Below are positions 50,330-63,400 of a stretch of 64,000 nucleotides of DNA, piece by piece (the stretch's first letter is position 1; each line of letters opens with the position of its first letter). The notes under the pieces were generated by a model, which saw only the letters and a list, made by a program, of their open reading frames with translations, had not been told where the DNA came from and searched no databases. Source of the DNA: Mustelus asterias (taxonomy: Eukaryota); NCBI RefSeq assembly GCF_964213995.1, contig NC_135812.1, positions 77,190,001 to 77,254,000 on the forward strand, written 5' to 3'. The translations under genes and the position numbers were made by a program.

Positions 50330-52590
50330 TTAGTCTCATGTCATTTTCTGACCTGTAATGTCTGTGCCCTTTTGAAATATATTCAATGGCTTGGCTTCCA
50401 CAGCCTTCTGTGGTAGAGAATTCCACAGGTTCACCACCATCTCAGTGGAGACATTTCTCCTCATCTCAGTTTTAAATGACCTATCCTGTATCCTGAGACT
50501 GTGACACCTTGTGGACCCCCAACCATAGGAATCACCATCTCTGCATCCAGTCTGTCCAGCCCTGCCAGAATTATACACCTTTCAATTAGATCCCTCATTC
50601 TTCTGAATTCCAGTCAAGACAGGCCCAGTCACCCCAACCTCTCCTCATACAACAATCCTGCCATCCTAGGAATCAGTCTGATGAACCTTTGCTGCACTCC
50701 GTCTATGGAAAGTGTACTGTTTCTTAGGTAAGGAGACAAAAACGCCACATAATACTCCAGGTGTAGTCTCATCGAGGATCTGTAGAGTTGCAGTAAGGCA
50801 CCCTTGCTCTTCTACTCAAGTCCTCTTGCAATGAAGGCCAATCTTCCAATTTCCTTCCTAAAGACTTGCTGTACCTGCATGTTTGCATTAGGACACCCAG
50901 GTCTCCTTATACATCAACATTTCAATTACGGCGATAGTGATATAACCGCACAAACTAGTACAATATCCCAGTGCATCACAAGCGCTGGACGTTTACAGAA
51001 TCACAGAATTGTTACAGTGTAGGAAGCCATATCTGCACCAACTGTTCAAACAAACAAGATGACTTAGTGCCAGTCCCCTGCCTTTTCCACGTACCATTGC
51101 TCATCATCTAATGTCCTCTTGAAAGTCTTGATTGAATCTGCCTCCACCAAACTTCCAGGCAGAGCAGTCTAGACCTGAACCACTCGCGGTGTGAAGAAGT
51201 TTTTTCTCACATCATATTTGTTTCTTTTGCAAATCACTTCAAAACTATGTTCTCATTCTTGATCCTTTTATGAGCAGGAACAGTATCTCCCCCTCTACTC
51301 TGTCCAGCCCCATGATGCTTTTGAGCATCTCTGCCAAATCTCCTCTTACCCATCTCCTCTTCAAAGAGAACAGCCCCAACTGCTCCAATCTATTCTCGTA
51401 TCTGAACCATCCCCGGAACCATTCTTGTAAACCTCTTCTGCACTCTCTCCAATGTGTTTACATCCTAGTGTGGTGCCCAGAACTGTACACAATACTTTGG
51501 CTGGGCTTAACTGGTGTTTTGTACAAGTTCAGCATACCCTCCTTGCCTTAGTACTCTATGCCCCTATTTATAAAGTCCAGAATACAAAATGCTTTATTAA
51601 CTGTTCTCTCCACCTGTCCTGCCACCTCAATGATCTACACACATATACGCCCAAGTCCCTTTGCTCCCTTAAGGATTTTACACCTCATTTTATATTGCCT
51701 CTCCATGTTCTTCCTACCAAAATGCATCACACTTCTCCGCATTGAATTTTATCTGCCACCTATCAGTCCACTCTTATGTTCTGCTTCCTATTTTTCAGCC
51801 AATTTTGTATCCACATTGCTACTGCCCTTGTTATTCCATGAACTATAGCTTTTCTCACAGGCCTGTTGTGTGGCACTGTATCCAATACCTTCTAAAAGTC
51901 CATGTACACCACATCAACTGCTTTGTCCTCATTGACCCATTCTGTTACCTCAAAAAACTCCAGTAAGTTTGTCAAACACCATTTCCCCTTCAGAATTCCA
52001 TGCCGTCTCTTCCCAATCAATTCACATTTTTCCAGTCTTTCCTGAATAATTGTTTCTTGAAGTTTCCCACCACTGATCTTAAACTGACTGGTCTGTAATT
52101 TCTGGGGCTATCCTTACAATTTTTTTTGAATATCCATAATTCTTCAGCCCGCTGGCATCTCCCGAGTCTAGGGAAGATTGGAAGATTATGGTCACTGCCT
52201 CTTCAAATTCCACTCTCACTTCCTTCAATATCCTTGGGTGCATCTCATCTGACCCTGGTACTTGCCAACGTTAATTACCAATAGTCTATACAACACTTCC
52301 TCCTTATCAATTTTGAACCCATCTAGGCGCAGAGTTTCCTTCTCTGTCTCCATGGCCTGGGGAAGTATCCATTTCCTTGGGAAAGACAGATGCAAAGTAT
52401 TCATTTAATATCTCAGCTATGTCCCAACCTCCATGTGTGAATGCCCTTTTTGGCCTCTAATCAGTCCTACACCTTTTGCCACTCTTACTATTAATATGCC
52501 TTTGGAAAACTTTGGGATTCCCCTTTATGTTGGCTGTCAATCTTTTCTCATAATCCTTCTTCATGTCTCTAATGCGCTTTTTCACTTAAT
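50330..52590 (-). mobile_element. Two adjacent decayed CR1 fragments
   Basis: VVNLWNSLPQKAVEA peptide (50336-50578); 50995-52590 mirrors the CR1 at 32317-33860. Confidence 0.8.
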
Positions 52591-53301
52591 TTCTACTTCC
52601 TTTTTCATTCAGGATTGAGATGAGTAATTCCTTCACTCAAAAAGTTTTGAATCTTTGGAATTCTTGATACCAGAGGGCCGATGGTGCTCAATTAGCATAT
52701 TTATGACTCAGATTTATAAGAGTTTTGGGTAGAAGGGGAATGAAGGGATGTGAGAATAGTGCAGAAATTTGGAGTTCAGCCATGGTTAGTATTAAACAGC
52801 AGAGCGGGTTTGAATAACAAATATCCCAAAGCAATTCACAGGAGTGTTATAAAGGAAGCTTAGATAATGAACTACACAAGACAACATTTGGGCAGATAGT
52901 CAAAAAGGTTAGTTCTAAGCTATATCTTAAAGAAACAGAAAGAAAGGCTGACAGGTGTAAGGAGGATATTCAAAGCTTGGGGCCCAGACAACCGAAAAGG
53001 CAGCTGCCTATGGTGGAGCAAGAAGCTGATCAGGAGGGTTGGAATTGGCAAGTCTATAGCATTTCCGCAGATGAGCTGAGGCAGGACTGAGTCAGGTGAT
53101 GTTAGAGATGGAAGTAGGTTAATCCTAGTGTTGGCATGAATATGTGATAGGAGGTGCGATTTGGGGTCAAACGTGAGTCCTAGGGTGCGAGCCATCTGGT
53201 TCAGCCTCAGACATTTGCAAAACAAAAGGCCAAATGAGCTACTCCTGCTCCTATTTCGTCTGTTCTTATGCCACAACTTGGAAATAAAACTAGGGGTATA
53301 A

Positions 53302-53628
53302 TAGAATCATAGAAACCCTACAGTGCAGGAGGAGGCCATTTGGCCCATCAAGCCTGCACTGACAACAATCCCACCAAGCCCCTATCCCCGTAACCCCACA
53401 TTATTTACCCTGGTAATCCCCCTGACACTAAGAGGCAATTCAGCATGGCCAATCAACCTAGCCCACATACCTTTGGACTGTTGGAGGAAACTGAAGCACC
53501 CGGAGGAAACGCACGCGGACACGGGGAGAACGTGCAGACTCCGCACAGACAGTGACCCAAGGCTGGAATTGAACCCGGGTTCCCTGGCGCTGTGAGGCAG
53601 CAGGGCTAACCACTGTGCCACCTTGCCG
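53302..53628 (-). mobile_element. HE1-type V-SINE, full length
   Basis: Head ggtggcacagtggttagc..ggttcaattcc, V-domain and ttctat tail. Confidence 0.92.
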
Positions 53629-53694
53629 CTCAATGTCAGATGCTGAAACCGCTCTCGTGTTATCTATATTGTGAGGATAAATCCTGAAGCTTAC

Positions 53695-53799
53695 ATTGGC
53701 TGCACTCAGTTTGCACTGCTTCTCATCCAGGCAGTCGCCAGCCACCTTCTCAAGCAATGGATCGAGTGGATTTCCTTTTAAATCCAACCACTTTAAGTT
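53695..53799 (-). CDS. LRRC59: LRRC59 exon 4
   Basis: acag|AAC..AAT|gtaagc; [35 protein letters not shown]; 105 nt. Confidence 0.96.
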
Positions 53800-55133
53800 C
53801 TGTGGAGAGAAAGTGGAGTCACTCAGTCAGCCTCATTGTGTCTGAGAGAAATAGCAGCATGCATTTAACTACCACATTTCATAAATTACAACAGTAGCTG
53901 CACTTCATTGATTTAAAATGCTTTCTAATGTCAAGGTGGGGAAAGGTGCTATATAAATACAACATCTTTTCTTTCACGATAAATGCTGCCCTTAATCCTT
54001 TCACCTATATAACGTGTTTCTCCTTTCCTGGGCCCCAACAGAACTAGATCCATGTATTAATAAATGAACTGGAGGCAATACATTGTAACAGCATCAGAAA
54101 GAAATCTCAGCACCTGGTTTTAATTATCATTGATTTTTTGCTCCTGAATTTTAATTACTGCTACTCATTAAGGTCCGAATTAAAAAACTGCATTATCCAA
54201 TGGCCTTTCCTACCAGGGAGATATGAAAACCACCAATAATTTCCACTTAGAAACCACATTATAACAGGTGCAAAATGTGTTAAGTCACACAGGTATGTAG
54301 GAAATGGCTTACTGAGGTTGATCCAGAGAGAGATTGCCGAAGGAGGTGGAACTTTATTCATCACATCTCCTCACACATTCCCCAGGGCTCTATCCTAATC
54401 ACAAAACAATTTTTAACTTCAGCTTTAGTACTTGCTCCTTTGTCACAGTACTAAGGAGAAGTTAATCACTTTTAATCTTCCTAGTCCATAGCCACCATAC
54501 TGACCTTGCCATTAACATGGTCTACTCCCATTGTATCAATCACAGATAGGGTCACCTCAGATCACTTTATATCACTCGCCACCCTCACCCCACTTCTCCC
54601 CTCAACCCTACTTCCACCAGTGACCTATCCAGAGAAAAACATTACCCCCAATTCACTTACAACTGCACTTTCAAAATCCCACTGTCCAGCCTTTGGCCAT
54701 CTGCTCTCCACAATATTTCTGCAGTTACTGATTTGTTCAACCAAAACACTGACTTCAATCTTCTATACCCTAGTCCCAAATTCAACCATTCCTCCCTCTC
54801 ACTCTATTACCTGAATGCATAATGAATGAGCAGAAACTTCTTCCAGTTAAATATTAGGAAGACTGGAGTGTTGTCTTCAGTTCCTGCCAAAACCTCCACT
54901 CCTTCGCCTCCATCCCTCTTCCTGGTAAGTAACTACCAGTCTGTTCACAACCTTGGTATCATATGTGACCCAAAATTGAGCGTCTGACCACATTTCCATT
55001 TCAACACTAAGATTGGTAATTTCCATCTCCATATTGCCCAACTCCACTCCTGCCTCAACACATCGGCTATTCATTGCATCATCTGCTTTAATTCTTAATT
55101 ACACTGAAGATCAATTTCTGAAATGCGTTTCTC

Positions 55134-55432
55134 ATAGAATCCTACAGCGCAGAAGGCCCATCGAGTCTGCACCCACCGCAATCCCACCCAGGCCCTATCC
55201 CCATAACCCTTCATATTTACCCTGCTAATCCCCCGGACACTAGGGTTAATTTAGCATGGTCAATCAACCTAACCCGTACACTTTTGGACTGCAGGAGGAA
55301 ACCCGAGCACCCGGAGGAAACGCACGCGGACACGCGGAGAATGTGCAAACTCCACACAGACAGTGACCCAGGGCTGGAATTGAACTCGGTCCCTAGTGCT
55401 GTGAGGCAGCAGTGCAAACCACTGTGCCACCC
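55134..55432 (-). mobile_element. HE1-type V-SINE
   Basis: V-domain and tail as in other copies. Confidence 0.9.
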
Positions 55433-55552
55433 TCTAAAATGATAAAACATGAGCAGCGAAATTCGGGGCTGAAGGGGAGAAATTGGCAAACTGAAAACAG
55501 GTTTTTCTCTCTAATCTGTCCAATGTCCGAGGTATTAGAACAGACTTCCTAC

Positions 55553-55711
55553 CTTGAGCTGAGCAAAGCTGACAGGCAAGTTGGTCAGTTTGTTGTTGTA
55601 AAGGTCCAAATGTTGCAGGTTAAGGAGACGTCCAAAATCTGAAGGAAGCTCCTGCAACTGGTTTTTGCTGAGGTCGAGTTTGATGAGGTGAGTCAGGCTG
55701 CAGAATTCTGG
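55553..55711 (-). CDS. LRRC59: LRRC59 exon 3 (LRRs)
   Basis: gcag|CCA..AAG|gtagga; [53 protein letters not shown]; 159 nt. Confidence 0.97.
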
Positions 55712-57068
55712 CTGCATTTGATGGGAGCACGGTTTTTCATAAAAACAAGAGAGGAAAATTAATTAAAACACAACAGTGGCTCTGGGGAAAATCCCACATG
55801 GAACTTTGAAACCAGTAGAATCTGCTTTTGCTCGAGCTGCACAACTCTAGTTACCTCATTCCTCCCGGACAATATCCTACACACAGCTGTCCACTCACAA
55901 TGTTCAAGGGGGATAAAACAGCACCTGGACAGCACCAAATTAACCAGCCATCACCAACCAGGATTGGCTTGGCTGACTTTTCATTTTCATTGCCTAGCTC
56001 ATGGACACCTCAGTCCCCCGACCTAGATATGAAAATTGAAAGTCAGCCCGGATTCCTGCCCTGATTGTTAGCCAGTGGCTTCTGCTACAATGTGCACGTG
56101 GATCTTGAACGAGAATGGGATTGGGATCAGCTATGTTTACCTCTATCCTTAAATAACAAAACCTGCATTTATAATATTAGGAGTAAATTTCTTTGCTCTT
56201 CTTTGAATTAGTAGCCATATTATTTTATGTGCACCCAAGAGGACAGACAGAGAAACTTGCTATCCACAAAGAAAACGCCACTCTGACAGTGCAACACCCC
56301 TCCAGCACTGCACTGGCCACAAAAGACAAAATGCTGGAAAATCTCAGCAGGTCTGGCAGCATCTGTAAGGTGAGAAAAGAGCTGACGTTTTGAGCTCAGA
56401 TGACCTTTCGTCAAAACTGCTCCGGGCTCCGACAAAAGATCATCTGGACTCGAAATGTCAGTTCTTTTCTCTGAGATTTTCTAGCATTTTCTCTTTTGGT
56501 TCCAGATTCCAGCATCCGCAGTAATTTGCTTTTATACTGTACTGGCAGCATCAGCCTAAATTTTGATCAAGTCTCTGGAGTGTACTTGAGCTCAAAACCT
56601 TCTGAGTCAAAAGTGAGAGAGTGCTGCACACAACACCAAGGCTGACAGCTACAGCATGCTGTTGCTGGCTGCCTAGCCTCAAGCACGAATAGTGGGTTAA
56701 ACCACTGATTCCCCAAACAAATCATAAAACCAATACGTATCAATGTAATTGGAAGGAAGAAAACATGCAGACAAAAAGCTACATTCACACAGAATGCAAT
56801 GGGCATTGTAGAGAGCGCTTTATTCTGTATTTAATTTGTAATGTAGCTGCAATGGGAGACACAACAGTATCAGGCTGGGTTTATATACAACACTCTGATG
56901 TGGTACAGGAATTGATCACCGTATATACAGAACTCTAAACCAGTGGACTTAGCTCCTTCAACCTGGTAAAAAATATAAAAACTGGAGAAAGCTGACAACC
57001 CTTTGTGCGCAACAAGAATTGAAAAGCAGACAAACTTACACTGAAGCTTATCGAGAGCTCATGTGGAA

Positions 57069-57410
57069 TAGAATCATAGACTCCCTACAGTGCAGAAGGC
57101 GGCCATTCAGTTCATCGAGTCTGCACCAACTCTCTGACAGAGCATCTCACTCAGATCCACTATCCCTGTAATCCCACATATTTACCCCACTAATCTCCCT
57201 AACCTACACATCCTGGGACACTAAGGGGCACGTTAGCACAGCCGATTCACCTAACGTGCGCATCTTTGGACTGTGGGAGGAAACCAGAGCACCCGGAGGA
57301 AACCCACACAGACACGGGGAGAGTGTACAAACTCTACACAGTCACCCAAGGCCTGAATCGGACCAGGGTCCTTGGCGCTGTGAGGCAGCAGTGTTAACCA
57401 CTGTGCCATC
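57069..57410 (-). mobile_element. HE1-type V-SINE
   Basis: Head, V-domain and tail present. Confidence 0.88.
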
Positions 57411-58079
57411 CTCAAGAAAAATGTGCTCAAACTGTATACGGTATACAACATAAATAAACTGTAACAGTTTTAGTCACAATGTTATCAAAAGATCTCGGGG
57501 CACAGGATTGAGTGTCAATTTCTATGTAATTCCACATATAGCGGATATATATAGGACTCTGACTGCTTTGTTGCTATTGTTGTTTTTGTAAAAGCTGAGA
57601 TTTCATAAACAGGCTGGAGTTTCGTGGTTGTCTCCCATGACAGTCACACAAGGGTATTGCCAATGTTTATTTTAAGCCAATATTCTTTCACTCTCTCCTG
57701 AAGGTGTTTTTCTGAGTGAGGACTTTTCAGCTAGTGCCAATTCTCCCTCCCCCTTCCCCTGATGGCGTGGATTCCCTCTGGGCTCAAGAATGTTTTTGTA
57801 AACATCCCAATATCCCAGAGCTTTCATTCAATGATTGCTGAGCTATGAAATGTCCCCTCCCTTGACAGCGGCAAAGTTAGCACCGAGCTGAACCTTGCCG
57901 TTCAGAGAATTGATGTCGTGCCTCATTCAACTAATCACTACTATCTACTCAACCTTTTGTCCCACAGCCCCACAACACACACAACACGTGCACACATTTT
58001 GCATGCACTGACAACCAACCCCACACATAACAGACCCACAATTCATGCGCACACAAATGCATCCTTTATAAAGTCTTAC

Positions 58080-58139
58080 CGGCAACATGACGATACAGTT
58101 GCAGGACAGATCCAGAATGATGGCCTTGGGGAGGGCTGC
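58080..58139 (-). CDS. LRRC59: LRRC59 exon 2
   Basis: acag|GCA..CCG|gtaaga; AALPKAIILDLSCNCIVMLP; 60 nt. Confidence 0.95.
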
Positions 58140-58249
58140 CTGTAAACACAAGGCAATATCATATATTGAGATTTGACAGAATTACAATGCAGCTGCTGCA
58201 CAAACAGGCAGTGAACTCTGACTCTTCATGGACTTGGAGCTGAATAAAG

Positions 58250-58553
58250 TTTTTAAAAGTTCCATTTATTAGTGTCACAAGTAGGCTTATATTAACACTG
58301 CAATGAAGTTAATGTGAAAATCTCCTAATTGCCACACTCCGGTGCCCGTTCGGGTACACTGAGGGAGAATTTAGCATGGCCAATGCACCTAACCAGCACG
58401 TCTTTCACCTGTGGGAGGAAACCAGAGCACCCAAAGGAAACCCACGCAGACACAGAGAGAACGTGCCGACTCCGCACAGACAGTGACCCAAGCCAGGAAT
58501 CAAACCCGGGTCCCGGGCGCTGTGAGGCAACAGTGCTAACCACTGTACCGCTC
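58250..58553 (-). mobile_element. V-SINE with an alternative tail (aacttcattgcagtgttaat..cctacttgtgacactaataaa)
   Basis: Same head and V-domain as HE1 but a different 3' part; second copy at 59730-60066; tail-only copies at about 7390-7460, 38175-38295 and 44875-44940. Confidence 0.85.
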
Positions 58554-59034
58554 TAGAGAGATAACCATTTCATAAATGCACACGATTCAGCTCAGTTGTA
58601 CTTTATTGTAAGTCCAACCATGCCTTTTGATAGGACAGGACAGAGTAGGATTCACTCTGTATCTAACCCTGTGATGTACTTGTCCTCAAACTGTTTGATG
58701 GGGATAGTGGCGAGGGAGCTGTGATTGATGGGGACTCTGGGTTTATAAATGTGAAAGAAATAAGCATCCTTTGGCTTGATGAGCACAGTAACAAGAGATT
58801 TTAAAAGGCACACAAGAGGTTAGCCCATCGCAAGCCGCTTTAGTCATTTTGAATAAGAATGTGGAAGCATTTTTTGTTATTTTAAATGAAAATATTCCAC
58901 ATTTACCAAATTGTAAACTTGCTAAAAGCAAAAGAAAATCCTGTTGCTGTCACTGAGAGCCTTTGGCATCGCTGAAACACTTTTGTTGAATGGTTCAGTC
59001 ACACAGGTGCTGGGATCCACAGTGAACAGGACAC

Positions 59035-59152
59035 TGGGGGGGGGGGGGGGGAGGAGAGAGGGGGGGAGCCGGCCCGGAGGGGGTGGGGCACCCCAGGCCG
59101 GGGCACCCCAGGCCAGGGCACCCCAGGCCAGGCACCAACCTCAGGCACCCGG
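59035..59152. repeat. G-run plus 15-bp GC-rich tandem repeat (ggcaccccaggccrg) in LRRC59 intron 1
   Basis: Long G run followed by three to four ggcaccccaggcc units. Confidence 0.8.
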
Positions 59153-59364
59153 GCTCAGTCTCTGGGATCCCCGTCCTGCCCTCCCCAGGTGGTGAAGTCT
59201 ATCTGGGCCGCGGTGCCTGGGGACAGGCTCAAAGGCCCTTCAGAGAGGCAGCTGGCCGACTGCGGGAGGCATCACAGCCGGGCGCTGTCGCGGCCCCAGG
59301 GCCGCCCTTTGCTCCTGTTCCAGCCGCCGCCGCCGCACCAACAGCCCCCCGCTCCTCCTCTCAC

Positions 59365-59481
59365 CAGCTCCCGGGTCGGGACCTCACTCAGGCCGCTCAG
59401 GCTCAGGTCCAGCTCGTTGCCATCCAGCCGCTCCCGGAGGCTGGGGTTCGGGTTCAGCTGCTTCCCGCTGTTCTTCGGCAT
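59365..59481 (-). CDS. LRRC59: LRRC59 exon 1 (coding part)
   Basis: gagATGC start; MPKNSGKQLNPNPSLRERLDGNELDLSLSGLSEVPTREL; donor CTG|gtgaga; 117 nt; in a CpG island. Confidence 0.96.
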
Positions 59482-59700
59482 CTCCGCTGTTGCGGCCTCA
59501 CTCCCTGGCGATTCCCCGGCTCCGGCCCCGCACTCCAGCGGCTCCCGGCTCCACGGCGGCGGCTACACGTCAGATCAGACCCCCGGGACCAAACAAGGAG
59601 ACAGCGCGGAGACAGGAGCAGCCACTCCGGCCCAACTCCGCCCACAGCGCCCCACTCAACCGGGAGGAGTATCGACATCCTGCAAATCCCAACTGCCCTA
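59482..59700 (-). promoter_or_regulatory. LRRC59 CpG-island promoter and 5' UTR
   Basis: High GC and CpG content upstream of the ATG; TGACGTG at 59566-59572 (-). Confidence 0.65.
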
Positions 59701-59729
59701 CACCTCCTCATCCAAGCCCAAATGTATAG

Positions 59730-60426
59730 TTTAAGTTTTAAAGTTTATTTATTAGTGTCACAAGTAGGCTGACATTAACACTGCAATGAAGTTACTGTGA
59801 AAAACCCCTCCCTTTTGGTGAAAATCCCCTAGTCGCCACACTCCGGTGCCTGTTCGGGTACACTGAGGGAGAATTTAACATGGCCAATGCACCTAACCAG
59901 CATGTCTTTCGGACTCTGGGAAGAAACCGGAGCACCTGGAGGAAACCCACGCAGACATGGGGAGAATGTGCAGACTCCGCACAGACAGTGACCCAAACTG
60001 CAAATCGAACCCAGGTCTCTGGCGCTGTGAAGCAACAGTGCGAACCACTGTGCCACCATGCCACCCCACATTCATCTCCCATCTGAATAGGAACCCAGAG
60101 TCCTATCCAAATATAAACTCCAAGTTTATATTTCTAAGATGGCACGGTGGCAGGGACTTGGGTTCAATTCCAGCCTTGGGTGACTGTGCGGAGTCTGTAT
60201 GTTCTCCCTGTGCCTGTGTGGTTTTCCTACGGGTGCTCCAATTTCCTCCCACAGTTTAAAGATGGGCAGGTTAGGTGAACTGGCCATGCTAAGTTGCCCC
60301 TTAGTGTCAGGGGGACTAGCAGGGTACATACGTGGTGTTACCGGGATAGGACCTGGGCTGGATTGTTGTCAGTGCAGACTCGATGGGCCGAATGACCTCC
60401 TTTTGCACTGTCGGTATTCTATGATT
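59730..60426. mobile_element. Two divergently oriented V-SINEs (59730-60066 minus, 60140-60426 plus)
   Basis: V-domain and respective tails recognisable. Confidence 0.85.
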
Positions 60427-60629
60427 CAAATCTAAATATAAATATCAATCTCCAATTCAAATCAGCCCACAAATCTCCTGCCTAGTATAAACCCCAACTC
60501 AAATGTAAACCTCAATTTATAAACCAAACATAAACCCAATCTCCAGAACATAAAGTACCAATTGACAAAATTACAAAGAACTGTAGAGCACTACAGAAAT
60601 ATCTCATAGAAACCTCTAAAATTCTAACA

Positions 60630-60968
60630 GGACGAGACCGGGTGGATGCAGGAAGGATGTTCCTGATGGTGGGGGAGTGCAGAATCAGGGGTCATTGTCT
60701 GAGGATACAGGGTAAACCTTTTAGGACTGAGATGGAGAGAAATTTCTTCCCCAAGAGAGTGGTAACCTGTGGAATTCCTTACCACAGGAAGCAGTTGAGG
60801 CCAAAACATTGTGTGATTTCAAGGAGGGGTTATATACAGCACGTGGGGTCAAAGGATAAGGGGGAAGGTGGGATCAGGCTATTGAGTTGGGTGATCAGCC
60901 ATGATCATAATGAATGGCGAAGCAGGTTTGACAGGGGGAATGGCCTACTCCTGCTCCTATTTTCTATG
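60630..60968 (+). mobile_element. CR1 3' end
   Basis: RVDAGRMFLMVGECRIRGH..FRTEMERNFF; tail ctcctgctcctattttctatg. Confidence 0.85.
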
Positions 60969-61789
60969 CTTAATATGATATTACCAGATAATTTGATCTG
61001 GTGAAGTTGATATGGGGATAAATAATGAGCATTGCACTGGAGGAATGCCCTACTGTTTTGAAAAATCATTGCAGAAGAAGGAGGTCACTGATTCGTGTGA
61101 CCATTTAAAACTCCTTATATTCAGTTGAGAACTGAGAACCAAGCAATTTGTTGAATTAACACCAAATGAAAAGACCTCCAGCAGGACTCCTGGCTAACCA
61201 AGCAGCTGGTTACATGTCTCAACTCCTTGAAGCCTGTATGATTTTAAGTCTCTGACCATCACCTGCCAAAAGTTCTAAGTACAGAAATCACATCATTCAC
61301 TTCATTTCAAAGATTTTTTGTTGCTATTTCCATCTAGGAATTCACCTGGACTGAACTCTGCCACAAAGTAAACATCCATTGGACTTTAACTGTCCGGAAC
61401 CTCGAAATCACATGAGCTAATATTCATTTCTGTAATTATTTTGCTGTTGTTATCTATAATTGTAAAAACTCAGTCTTTTCTACCTCCAATGCAAATATAT
61501 CCCTTCTTAAGTAAGCATATCAAAACAGTACACTGTATACGATGTGGTCTGACCAATGCCCTGTAGAGTTTTAGACTTCCCTACTATTATATTTCATCCC
61601 CTTTGCAATAAAGACCAACGTTCCATTTTGCCTTCCTAATCACTTACTGTGCCTGCAAGCTAACCTTTTGTGACTTATGTACAAGGACACACAGATCGCT
61701 CTGTGCTGCAGCATTCTGAATCTCTCTCCATTCAAATAATATTCTGCTTTACTATTCTTCTCATCCAAGTTGGCAACCTCACATTTTCC

Positions 61790-61910
61790 CACATTATATT
61801 TGATCATATTTCATCATACTATATCATATTACATTATACTCAATCATACTATACCATATCAGACTCCATTATGCTATATTATACCATACTCCATTATACT
61901 ATATTACTCA
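61790..61910. repeat. Degenerate pentamer low-complexity tract ((c)attatatacta-like)
   Basis: Repeated attat/atact/ccata units at the end of a minus-strand CR1 fragment (about 61530-61800). Confidence 0.7.
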
Positions 61911-62305
61911 CTTAACCTGAATCCCGTTGAAAACTTTTTATATCCTCCTCTAGATTTGATTTCCTGCCCACCTCTTTTCCCCGCCTAGTTTTTAAGGAGA
62001 TTGAACTTCGTCTTTGGGCAAAGAGCAATTAAAACAGATGTGCAAGTGCTCTTTCCGGAGCGAGTGTCGAATTCGTCTTGCAATCTCTCAGAGATGTAAC
62101 AGGTCCTGGCAGCAGTGGGCAGTTCCTGAATGGTTCGCCGCTCTGTCAATCTCCCAGTTCGCTGAACTGGGTTGCAGCCCGTTCTGCTGTTGCTGTTGAC
62201 TGGAAGTTTGCCCGGGCTGGCTGCAGTGAACAATGCGGAAATATAACAGTCCAGTCTGAAGTTTTGTCAGCAGGAAGCTCTCCCCTCGCCCCTGTAAAAG
62301 TAACC

Positions 62306-62412
62306 ATGCTCAGGAACCTGGCGCGGAGAAGCCACTCTGGCCCCTGGAGACATTTCCAGCCGGATTTCTGCAAAAGCAGCAGTTGGGACAGGAGGAGACT
62401 TGACCAGAACAG
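62306..62412 (+). CDS. Probable first coding exon of the next gene (ACSF2 by synteny)
   Basis: accATG start in CpG-rich DNA; MLRNLARRSHSGPWRHFQPDFCKSSSWDRRRLDQN (Arg/Ser-rich, presequence-like); AG|gtaaag donor. Identity inferred from gene order only. Confidence 0.45.
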
Positions 62413-63197
62413 GTAAAGAGCGCAGCTGGCTGCGGGAAACGCCGAGGGAGGTTCAATTTCGCTTTTAAAAATACACAATAAAAGCCCAACATAGGCTGAG
62501 AAAATGGGGCATTTGTCGGATTGTCTTTTTCTAACCACTTTCTAACTCACCTAATTCACTGCGGGTGTCTCAAATTCACGCTGCTGTACAGACTCCCTGG
62601 AACAGAATTTCCCAAACTTTCCCAGCCCCTTAGACCTCCCATAAGTACCGACAGAATCCTTGAGAAAGATCCTTGTGTTCGAGAGACAAGCCACAAAAAA
62701 ATGATTGTTTTCGCGCATTAGGTAAAAACATACAGAAACCTACTTTCTACACGTCTTCTATATGGTTGCTGCAGTTAAAGCGTTCTCCTTATTAAAAACA
62801 TACTTAGGTTTTTACCTGAGTTATTTTTAATAGGGTGTTGCTGCTTCCTTCGTTTCAAATGGGAAAAATGACAATGGAATAATCGATTCTCACACTGAAC
62901 ACACTCACACCTCTCTCTCTCGCACACACACACCTCTCTCACACACACGGCACAATCTACCAAAAACATTTAATGTCCTAGAAGTTAGAAAACAGAAGCC
63001 AGCTGCAGATTACGTGGGGCATTGCGCGAGCAGGTAAGATCGCGGTCTCAGTCTTATCTGTCTCACACACACTCATCACAAGCATACACTCTCATCTGTC
63101 ACACACAGTCACTCTCACCTCTCTCACACACACGCCCTCTCTTACACACATTCGTCTCACACACACATCTTTTCATCGCTCACGCTCTCATCATACA

Positions 63198-63400
63198 TGA
63201 TGTGGAGATGCCGGACTGGGGTGGGCACAGTAAGAAATCTCACAACACCAGGTTAAAGTCCAACAGGTTTATTTGGAATCATGAGCTTCCAGAGTGCTGC
63301 TCCTTCATCAGGTAAGTGTGAAGGAGCAACACTCTGAAAGCTCGTGATTCGACATAAACCTATTGGACTTTAACCTGGTGTTGTGAGACTCCTTACTGTA
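63198..63400. mobile_element. Palindromic Penelope family A insert with 11-bp TSD, inside a CA-rich tract
   Basis: About 80-bp inverted arms around an 11-nt loop; ctcatcataca at 63187-63197 and 63401-63411. Confidence 0.85.

Noticed and set aside
59083-59772. 229-aa and 181-aa plus-strand ORFs
   Set aside because: Pro/Arg/Gly-rich frames expected from a GC-rich CpG island antisense to LRRC59 exon 1; no recognisable domain.
61985-62538. Minus-strand ORFs as a gene 3' end
   Set aside because: Short, in three different frames, with no recognisable protein; better explained as the antisense of a CpG-rich first exon.
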